A stretch of 64,000 nucleotides of DNA from Isurus oxyrinchus (Eukaryota). The translations under genes were made by a program, and so were the position numbers. This document shows, in pieces, positions 53,650 to 64,000 of the stretch. Below the pieces are notes generated by a model. The model searched no databases. It was not told where the DNA came from and saw only the letters and a list, made by a program, of their open reading frames with translations. The DNA lies in assembly GCA_026770705.1 (NCBI GenBank), contig JANJGN010000041.1, forward strand, positions 5,146,001 through 5,210,000, written 5' to 3'. The first letter of the stretch is position 1, and each line of letters starts with the position of its first letter.

Positions 53650-56625
53650 GTTACAGAGCTGGGGGCTGTCACTGGCATAATAGAGTGGGTGACTGTCACA
53701 ATGGTTACACAGCTGGTGACTGTAACTTCGGTAACAAATTGTGGTGGAGATTGCTGCACTGTGTAAATGGAATAGGGTGCACGTACTCTGCTTACACAGC
53801 TAAGGGATGTCAGTACAGTGAAAGGATGTGGGGTCTGTCACTTTTGTTGCTGTGCTAGAGGGTCATCACTATGAAAAACGGATTGGGCGAAATGTTACTC
53901 AGGTTACAGAGCTGGGGAACAGACATTAAAGTAATTGATTGGTAAATTGTCCCTCAGGCTACAGAGCCAGGGACCAATCGTTATAGGAATTGATTGAGGA
54001 AACCATCGCTCATATAACAGTGCCAGAGTTCACTCATGCATTGCATTGGCTGAGCAGACTATCAAACAGGTTACAGAGCAGGGGTCCACACATCATAGCA
54101 AATAATTGTGGAGACTGCCACTCAGGATACAGATCCGGGAATGGTCACTCTCACAATTGATTGGTTAGACAGTCACGTTACAAAGCCAGGGGCCACACAC
54201 GCATTAAATACATTGACAAGACTGTCACTCAGGTTACAGAGACGGGACCCAGTCACTAAAATAATTGATCGGGGAGCCAGTGACTCAAGGTACGGGTTCA
54301 GTGGCTAGTCAGTATCGAAATAGATTGGATTGTCACTCAGGTTATTAAAGAAAGGAACCATCAGAACTCCAAGTGTTTGGCGAGACTGTCACTGAGCTTA
54401 CAGAGCAGGGGCCAGTCAGTCGAGTCATTGATTAGGGAATCTGTGACTCAGGTTGCATGCCCGCATGACAGTCAGTATATTAGTTGATTAGGGAGCCTGT
54501 CACCTAGGTTAAAGAGCCGTGGAGCAGTTTGTGTAATAATTAATTGATGAAGCTTTCACCCAGGTTACAGGGCCAGGGATTATTCAGGATTGTAATTCAT
54601 TGGGGAATCTGTCACTCAGGTTAGAGAGCGAAGGGCCTCTAAGTACCATAACAGTTTGCGAAGACTGTCACTCACGTTACAGACCAGGGTTCAGTCAGTA
54701 TTGCGATTGATTGTGGAGTCTGCCACTCATTTTGCAGTGCCAGTGGTCATTCGGAATCATTATTGATTGGGGTCACAGTCAGTTAGTTTATAGATCCGGT
54801 GTACTCATTTACAGCAATGGATTGGGGAGAATGCCAAACATGTTACAGAGCAGGGAGCCTGTCACTACAGGAATTAAATGAAGGGACTTTCTCCCAGGTT
54901 ACAGAGACGGCGGGCAGCACAGTGTAGGAATCGATTGAAGAGACTGCCACCAAGGTAAACCGAGCCTGGACCAGTCATCGGGAGAATTTATTGAAAAGAA
55001 TGCCACTCAGATTACAGTGCCAGGGGCTTGTCAGCAGAATAATTCACTGGGAAGTCTGTCACTGAGTCATCAAGGATGGGGACCAGTCACAATATTAGTT
55101 GATTCGGGAGTCTGTCACCCAGGTAGCAGAGCCGGGTTTAGTCACTTTTGGAATGGATTTGAATGACTTTGACTCAGATTACAGAGCCAGGGGTCATTCA
55201 AGATTGTAATTCATTGGGGAGAATGTCAATCAAGTTACAGGGCCAGAGGTCATTCTCGATAGTATTTGATTTTGGAGAGTGCCAGTCAGGTTACAGAACT
55301 GGGAACAGTCACTAACAGAATTTATTGCGGAGATAGTCATTCAGAGCCAAGAGCCACTCATGAATGTGTAATTTAGTGAGGAGCCTTTCACGCAGGTTAC
55401 AGAGTCGGGGCCCAGTCAAGACAGCAATTGTTTGGGGATAATGTCATTCAGGTTAGAGAGTAGGGGCCCACTCAGGAATGTAATTGATTTCGGAGAATAT
55501 CTCTCTATGCCTGCAGATTCAGTTGCCACAAGGTATTGTGATTAATTGAGGAAACTGTCACTCTGTTTACAGATCCAGAGAAACTCACTCTAGGAATTGT
55601 TTGAGGAAGGTTTCTCTCAGGTTAAAGAGCACGGGGCCAGGCAATATCGGAATTTCTTGAGGAGACTGTTACTCAGGATCCAGAGCCAGGGGTCAGTCAG
55701 AAGAGTAAATTTATGAAGAGGCTGTGACTCAGGATACAGAGCCCGAGCTCAGTCAGTATCGGAATAGATTGGGGAGACTGGCACTCAGCTAACGGTGCAG
55801 GGACCTTGTTACTAAAGGAATTCATTGAGGGACTGTCACTCAGGTTACAGAGCCGAGGACAGTCACAACATGAATTGATTGTGGAGACAATCACTCAGGA
55901 AACAGAGCCATCTATCATTAGCGACCATAATTGATTTGAGGAGGCTGTCACTTAAGTCTTTGAGCAAGGCACCTGTCAATATTCTATTTGATTGGGGAGA
56001 CTGTCGCTCTGGTTAAAGGGCATGGGCCCAGTCAATAATTTATTTGATCGGGGAGGCTGTGACTTAGGTAACGAAGCCAGGGGCCTGTCAGTATAGTAAT
56101 AGATTGTGTGGTCACTCAGGTTAGAGGAACAGGGGCCCGCCAGAACAGCAAGTGTTTGGAGAGAATGTCACTCAGGCCTCGGGGCCAGTTAGTACAGTAA
56201 CTGATATGGGAGCCCCTCACCCAGTTTAGAGAGCCTGGGACCAGTCTGTGTAGGAATTAATGGATGAGGCAGCCACACAGGTTGCAGAGCCAGGGATAAG
56301 TCCAAATTGTAATTGTTTAGGGAATCTGCCACTCAGTTTAGGGGGTGAAGAGCCTCTTCGTACAGCAATAGTTTTCAGAGACTATTACTCACGTTACAGA
56401 ACCGGGGCAGAGTCAGTGCAGCGATTGATTGGGAAAACATTCACTAATGTTACAGAGCCAGGGCCCTGTCAGTAAAGTAATTGATTCAGGACACAGTCAC
56501 TCAGGTTACAGAGCCGGGGGCCATTCACGTATTCCAATTTATTAGGGAGCAGGTAGACTGGCTCTGCAGGAATTAACTGAGGACACTATCTTTCAGGTTA
56601 CAGAGCCAGAGGCCTGTCAGAATAA
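53650..56625 (+). repeat. Diverged 56-bp satellite/minisatellite, roughly 50 units
   Basis: Consensus ctgtcactcaggttacagagccaggggccagtcagtatagtaattgattggggaga recurring at ~54441, 54497, 54553, 54609, 54665 and onward. Confidence 0.95.
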
Positions 56626-57000
56626 TAACTTGGGAATCACTTAGTGCTAGGGGTAGGTTGGTACAGAATTTGTAAGGTTCATCCTGAGGTCTTCTTGAGG
56701 CAACATGTAGATAGATTAACGAGGGACGGGGTAATACTGGACCTGTTATTAGGGAATGAACCCGCCAGGTGGTCGAACTGTCATTGGGGAGCATTTCGGG
56801 AAAAGTGACAATATTTCAGTAATTTCAAGGTACTGATGGATGAGGAGAACAGGAGTCTTAGGGTTAAGTTGCTTAATTTGGAAAAGGCTAATTATAACAA
56901 TATTAGGCAGGAACTGAAAATTCCAGACTGGAGGTAGATGTTTGAGGGCAAATCAATAACTGACATGTGGGGAGCCTTCAAATGTGAGTTACAACGAATT
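56625..57000 (+). mobile_element. CR1 endonuclease fragment
   Basis: TEFVRFI..GLLEATC / TRDGVILDL..GNEPARW..GEHFGKSD and NLEKANYNNIRQEL, with frameshifts. Confidence 0.8.
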
Positions 57001-57834
57001 ATTTCTATGATCGTAGTCTGCTAATCATCATCTAAGTTAATAGTAACGACAGTGAATAGTTGAGAACATTCTGGCCATCGGCAGCCACAACCTGCCAATC
57101 GTAATCATTGCTAATTGCCCCTAGCATCTTGTTTCTTTCCTCTGAGACTTGGCAAAATTATTCATTGGACTTCATTTCTATCAGTATGAATTTCAGCTAG
57201 CAATCTCTTATACAGGACTTCATCGGGTGTCCACTGCGTGTTGATACACCTAAAGCCCATAGACATTCCAATGTCAAATTATTGAGTAAGCACTTCAATA
57301 AACTTAATGATTTTTTCCGGTCATAACCTACCATTTATAAACCAATGATGACTTTCTCTGATTAGCATAAACATCTCTATCTGTCACACATTAGAGAGAC
57401 TTGTGCTAATTTCCCGACAACTAAGGAAAACTAGTCTTACTGGCCGATAATTCAATGGTTTCCTTTGACATCGTTGTTTAATGGCGGAAAAAAGCAACAA
57501 CATTTTCCACACTTAAGGGCTGGTAGTCAAGTATAGAAAACTGTGTAAGTACATGGGCAGATGCATCTACAACAAGGTCTTGAAATATTGTCATAATGTA
57601 GAGCTATTGATTTCTCAATTTCTGTTATCCTGCTTACATTAACGTTGTTCAGCCATTGCTCTGATACAGTAATAATTTCCTTCTGTTGTCTAGCATGTTG
57701 ATCTCTCCATTTACATTGATTATTGATGGAATGTACTTATTCAACATGTCTGCCACCTCCTTATTTTGATGGACAATGGCGCCATTAACAGATATAACTT
57801 GCCTTACATTGTTTCTGACTGTTCATTTCCAAAA

Positions 57835-58790
57835 AACATGGAACATCGGAAAAGGAGTACGTCGTTTGTCTCTCCTAACCTGCTCCACCATTTATTCTCA
57901 TCATGGCTGATTCTCTAGAATGAGGCCATGCTCTCCCCCTCATCCCACATCTCTTCCAACCTTTCGTGTCCATAAATCTGTCGATTTCCTTCTTAAGCAT
58001 ATACAGTTATCTGACCTATACAGGGTTCTGTGGTAGAGAATTCCATATGTGTAATACTCTTTGAGTGAAAGCTATTTTTCTTCATCTTATTCCTGAGTGG
58101 CCTGTCCCGTATCCTGAGAATGTGACCCCCTTTTTCACGACCCCTCAGCCGGAGGAATCATCTTCACTGCTTCCAGTCTGTACATCCCTATCAAAATGGT
58201 ATACGTTCCAATGTGATCCCCTGTCATTCATCTGAACGCCAGCAAAGTTGGTCTAAGCGGCCAAATTACTCCCCAGAAGACAAACGTGCCATCATTGGAG
58301 TCAATATGGTGAAACTTCCCTGCACCCCCATGTGGCAGTATATCTTTAGTTTGGGACGGAGCCCAAAACTGCACGCGATACTCCAAGTGTGGTCTCATCA
58401 AGGCACTATAAAGCTACAGTAAGGCTATATTTTTCCTGTACTCAAGTCCCCTGGCAATGAAACCTAACACACCATTTGCTTTCTCAACTGCTTCCTGAGC
58501 CGACAGGGTTGTTTTCAGTGATTGGTGTACTAGAACACCTATGTCCTATTTAAATCAACATTACCAACTCTATTAACATTTTTAAAAGTCTGCCCATTAT
58601 ATTTGTTGCCTAGCAATTTCGATCAATCCACACTTGTAGTCGTTATCTTTCATTTGTCATCAATTTGCCGCTCGGTTTACCTGTCTAAATCATCTTGAAG
58701 CCTCTTCACACCCTCCTGACCGCTCATATTGCCACCAAGTTCCGTGTTGTTAGCAACAATCGAAATATAACATTTTGTTCCCACATTCAA
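57835..58790 (-). mobile_element. CR1 LINE 3' portion
   Basis: ccaaaactgcacgcgatactccaagtgtggtctca is the reverse of [11 protein letters not shown]; 3' UTR at ~57840. Confidence 0.85.
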
Positions 58791-59273
58791 ATGATTTTAA
58801 CCATTTCCTGCTCTTTGTATGTTTCCCATGTACCAGGATCGGTGTTTCAAGCATTTATTGAGGTAATTATTTCCTTCCCTCTCATAACTTTTTCTTGTCC
58901 CCGACTTGACCTTGGATGTCTTTTTGGAAATTAGTTGTGTTGTAGGTTGGGACCTGTAACAAGTTGGGGCTTGTAAAAAATTAAATTATCTTTGAACAGC
59001 CTTCCAATGTCATTTGCCCTTCTCATTGAAATGATTACCCCTTGTTATTTGTCAGATAATGAATAATCTCAGACACATTCAAGGATTTCCTCAACTTTCC
59101 AACATGTGCTGGTCTGCTTATCAGAAACATCATGGAATTTGCATTGACAAAGATGTACATAATTCATGTAACATTTTATTGCTAAAAAAACAGCTGATAT
59201 TCAGGGAACGGGACTTGATCTCAGGAAGGAATGCGAAGGAAAGAAATGAAATGCAAAGAGATCGAGTAACGGC

Positions 59274-60890
59274 ATAGAAACATAGAAATAAAAATACGAG
59301 CGGGAGTAGGCCATTCGACACTTCTATCCTCATCAGCCATTCATTATGATCATGGCTGATCATCCTACTCAATTTTCTGCTCACGCTTTCTGCGCATACT
59401 CGTTTGTGCCTCTCGCCCCAAGAGCAATATCCAACTCCCACTTGAAAACATAAAATATGTTGGCGTCAATTACTTTCTGTGGTAGCGAGGTCCAAAGGCC
59501 CACCACTCTCTGAGTGAGGAAATGTCTCCTCATTTCAGTCCTTAAAGGTCTCCCTCGTATCCACAGAATGTGACCACTGGTTGTACTGTTCCCAACCATC
59601 GGGAATGTCCTTCCTGCATTTGCTCCGCCTAGTCCTGTCAGAGCTTTATAGATTTCTATGTGATTCCCAATCATTCTTCTGAAGTCCAGTGAATAAAATC
59701 CTAACCGATTCAATGATCCCCTTCTATGTCAGTCCTGCTATTCCACCAAACAGTCTGTTAAACAGTCGCTGCACTTCCTCTACAGCAATAACATCCTTCC
59801 TCAGATAAGGAGACCAAAGCTGCAGACAACATTGCAGATGTCGTCTTACCAAGGTTCTGTACAATTGCAGCAATACACCCCTGCTCCTGTCCTCTAACTT
59901 GCCTTATTTACCATTTGTTGCACCTGCATGCTTAACTTCAGCGACTGGTTTACGTGGATACACCAGTCTATTTGCACATTCACCTCCCTCAATTTGTAGC
60001 CATTCAGATAATAATCTGCCTTCCTGTTTTTGCTACCAAATTGGATAACCACACATTTATCCACCTTATGCTGCATCTACCATGTATTTGTCCATTCACC
60101 CAGCTTGGCCAAGTCACACTGAAAAAAAGCTGCTTCCTCCTTACAGCTCACCCTCCCACTCAGCGTTGTCTCACTGCAAATTCGGAGACACTACATTTAA
60201 TTCCCTCATCCAAATCATTAATATATGTTAGAAATAGCTGTGGACCCATCACTGATCCCTGCGTTGACCTTTAGTCACTGCCTACCTACTGGAAACAAAA
60301 TCCACTTATTCCTACACTTGTTTCCTGTCTGCCAACAAGTTTTATATCCATCTCAATACACAACCCCCAACCTCATCCGCTTTAATTTTACACGCCCGTC
60401 TCTTACGTGGGACTTTGTCGAAAGCCTTCCGAATGTCCAATGCAACCACATCAATTGGCTCCGCTTCATCAACTCTACGAGTTCCATCCTTGAAAAATTC
60501 CAATAAATTTATCAAGCGTGATTTCCTTTTCATAAATCCATACTGAAACAGCCCGATTCCGCCACTGTCTTCCAACTGCACAGTTGTGAAATCTTTCATA
60601 ATTTACTCTAGAATTTTCCTCACTACCAATGACAGGCTGTTCTATAATTCGCTGTTTTCATTTCACCACAATATTTAAATAGTGCGGTTACATTAGCTAT
60701 CCTCCAATCTGTCAGAACTGTTCCAGAGTCTTTAGAATGTTGGAAGATGTCCAACAATGCATCCATTATGTATGGGGCCTCCTCCTTAAGTAATCATTGA
60801 TGTAGATTTTCAGGCTCTGGGGATAAATGGCCTTCAATCCCATTAACTTCTCCTACACAATTTCTCTACTATTAATGATTCTTTCAGTTC
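59274..60890 (-). mobile_element. CR1 LINE, RT and 3' end
   Basis: QYGFMKRKSRLINLLEFF..IDVVALDIRKAFDKVP, DKCVVIQFGSKN, RRHFLTQRVVGLWTSLP; tail (catagaaa)2 at 59273. Confidence 0.92.
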
Positions 60891-61399
60891 CTACCTTGAA
60901 AATTGGAATAGGACACTTCAAGTCCAGCATCCTGATAATAACTCAGAACAAATCCACTGAAAATGATGAAAAAACTCATCTTTCTGATAGTTTTAATGCT
61001 CATTCTGCCCAGTCCCATTGTTGGAGGGATGTCCCCACTGAGCCATAGAGGTATATGGTTCTAAATTTCTCTGATCACTCAGTAGCCAGTTTTCATACTG
61101 TTTGATATTTTTTTAATTTTATGTTTCAAATTCATGTTTTAATGGGCTGAATTAAGATGATTCTGCGTGAGGCTGAAAGATTTAACATTAAACATTTCTA
61201 CAGGTTAATTTACTGAATGTTTAGCCACTAGTTGAGCAGCTAGAGGGAATGGCGGTTGTTGGGAGCTGATCTGAACACAGCACCAAAAAAGGGGCAGTGC
61301 AGGCTGGTGGATCACAAGCGGACGAATGACCTGCAAACGAGACTCTAGAGTTGGTCTTGCACATACGCGCCTCGTAGGGGTGGAACCCAGTAACCCCCC

Positions 61400-61795
61400 G
61401 CGATCACTGCTACCTGCTGTGAAGTGCGAAAGTGCGGAATATATGTGTGGACAGTGTGCTGGGAGCGTGCTGCACTGTTGGATGTGTCAATGTTTGGATG
61501 AAACATACAGTAGAGATCCAGTCCACCTCTTCATCAGAAAGAGTATGTCAGACAAATGATTTGAACATCTGGCAGATTGTGGTGTCCTGGAAGAACACCA
61601 CTCTCTCAACATCACCTGAGTTTCCTCAGACTGTCTAATGTCAGTCTCCGTTCATGGGAGTTTGCTGAAAGCTGGTTGGCTGCAGTGTTTTCCATAAAAC
61701 AGTCTCGGAATTGCGGAAAATACCGATGGTCTCATAAAATCTTTGCACCGTTCAATGACAAGAATTAGCTCGATTTAAATGTTGTAGCTTTTATT
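61400..61795 (+). mobile_element. Deu-domain SINE, decayed
   Basis: ggagcgtgctgcactgttggatgtgtc..tttggatgaaac and tgggagtttgctg..ttggctgcagtgtttccat resemble the Deu-SINE core and tail. Confidence 0.6.
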
Positions 61796-64000
61796 TGACT
61801 ATCTCTGGTCTCAGATTGTGAGTGCAGTCGTGCCCCCACTGAGAAAAAAAATCTTGGAATGACTTTCATCCAAAGCGCGTGTCTGTAAAGATCCAGGGGA
61901 GGGAGGGAAGTGTGGGCTCTAATTAAATAGATGCACGTTCCTACTTTATTTCGGTTTGCAGGGTTACCATGTTTCGGCAGTGTGAATGGAGGAAGTTATA
62001 GGATTTAGATGTCTGGAAGCAACAACCGTTTTGCCTTCCATGAAAGGAACAAGATGGTTTACTACAGACCAAAACGGTAACATCCAGTGATGGATTTCTG
62101 GCATCATTTGTTCTCCAATCTCTTAGTGATATATTTGTTAATTGGAATCAAGCTCTGTTTGATGGTTTAAATCAATGACCCTTGACCCTGTATAACTGCT
62201 GTCTGAATAATGGGCTGCTCTCTGAAATAAAACTTATTGCATTAATCACATCCTATTGCCTGTGTCTACTTTCACTTTGAGATAAGGATGTCTCATGACA
62301 AGGTGAATGAGGACGTTATGAGGCTGGACGAAGATGTGGGAATTACACGGAATGGGATGAGGAGTTCACTGAGGTGAACCTGTGAAATTTCAGAAAAACA
62401 CATTCAGAAGCCCACCGGATAAAACAGGTGTCTCAGGGCGTCAGCACTCTGAACATTTACGGACTAAGATATCTCACAAATATCTGGGTGCAGAAAAGCC
62501 GCTCAGGGTTTTGAAGTGGACGGTGAGAGGGGGTCAGAATTGAGGTATTGTTTCCAGGATTGGGAAGGGGCACGGAGGGAGGTTCAGTATTTCAGCGCAC
62601 GGGGAAGTGTCTAGGCCTTAGGAACTATGTGCATTAGCCGGTCATTCGGGCAATTTTTCTGTTCCTTCATTTAATAGTAACATGGCTGATATGATTGTGC
62701 CCTCATGTTCATGCCCTGCCAATCCCAACACCATTTGACTCACTTGGTATTCAAGAATAAAATGATCGTAACTGCTGAAATGTTGATAAGCTGGACATTT
62801 TTGCAGGTTCAAGAAGAATCTCCATCATTTCCATTGAGGGAGCAGCATAACTGAATGGCAATTTCTTACTTTACATGTCTTCACGGGAATTGACTGAGTT
62901 TTGCAGAAAGCAGCATTCAGACACTTTTGGGAAACCTATGCTCTCGGTGTTCAAACCAAGGCTCTACCAACTGATTTATCCCCGCACAGGGCAGACAAAT
63001 GCACTTGCTCTGTTTCGAAACAGAATTTTCTAGCGTGTCAGGGAAACTTGAAAACCATTTGCATTTCGGCAGATGGTAAGTAGTTCATAGGATGTTGAAG
63101 TTGATCTGAGTCTGGTGAGTGAGGCAAAGCAATGGGAAAGAGTATCATTTGTTGGGGACTCACTTCAATGTCTGACGAAGTGAGCGCAGAGTGTTGGGAA
63201 GGTTTTAATTGGGTGCTGAAGGAAGATCAAAGGGATGCGAAGAATTTCAGAGGGTGTAGGTCTGGGAAGAGGTTGATCAGAGGATGGGGGAAGTTTCAGT
63301 CGGCAGTGAAGTGAGATCGAGGGCTGAGAAGAATTTCAGCGGGTGTTTTAGGGCCACCAGATATTTTGGGAAGAGTTTCAGGGGAGTGCGATCAGATGAA
63401 TGGCACATATTTTAGTGCATGGGGAATGATGATTAGAATGTTGGGATGAGATTAACTGAGTGGAGAAAGAAGATGAGACGGCTGTAGAGAGTTCCTCTGC
63501 ATGGGAAAGGGCGATCAGATGGCTGAAAAGAGTTTCAGTCGGTGGGGAACGGTAATAAGGGGGACTGAAGGGCTTTAGTAGATGTGCAATATTGTCAGGA
63601 GGCAGGAAGTATGGTCAGCCGTGATGGAGATGTTATGGTCTCGTTATGTGGTGTAGAGAAGCAGAAGTACTCCAAATGAGTATTGAATTCACATTCACAA
63701 TGGGTTTACTGGCCTCCTTCAGTGTTTATGTTCATCCTTTCCATTTTTCTATGAAAGGATATATATTGTGGGTCTCAAATTCAAGATCCAAGAACACTAA
63801 AAACAATGGCGTCCTTTTAAAATGTACTCACTGCAGTTGGAAATACCGCAAAGACATTTCACTCATGTGAAGTAGGGCAGCTACTGGACTGCAGAAAATC
63901 AAATGTTGAGAGAAGAGAAGCCTGGGAGAGGAAGGGTGAAATTAAGGGACGGAATAGAATGGAAGTGGGTGAATGGAGAAAACACGTTAAAGGCAGAGAG

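Noticed and set aside
53650-56625. CRISPR-like appearance of the regular array
   Set aside because: The whole unit is homologous between copies with no unique spacers, there are no cas genes, and the context is vertebrate.

Overview
Repeat-rich vertebrate genomic DNA, most likely a cartilaginous fish (shark/ray), inferred from the HER1-type and CR1 LINEs, Deu-type SINEs, Penelope elements and the receptor family. One intact host gene is supported: a two-exon class A orphan GPCR of the GPR139/GPR142-like type (exon 2 at 27117-28054, + strand, ~335 aa after splicing). Its 70-nt first coding exon, too short for the ORF track, occurs twice (17406-17475 and 19128-19197) inside a near-identical 1.72-kb tandem duplication. 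The rest is decayed mobile DNA and tandem arrays: a Gmr1-type Gypsy remnant, a minus-strand LTR with a polypurine tract and a possible spuma-like env remnant, CR1/HER1/L2 LINEs, Penelope elements with inverted ends, hAT and Harbinger remnants, a decayed tRNA-Asp repeat cluster (42.8-49.4 kb), two oppositely oriented 51-bp CR1-derived minisatellites, a ~3-kb 56-bp satellite, microsatellites and one assembly gap. Repeat boundaries are approximate and family names come from motif recognition by eye, not database searches. I see no firm evidence of a wholly new biological system. The best leads are the duplicated GPCR first exon, the LTR/env remnant and the tRNA-Asp array.
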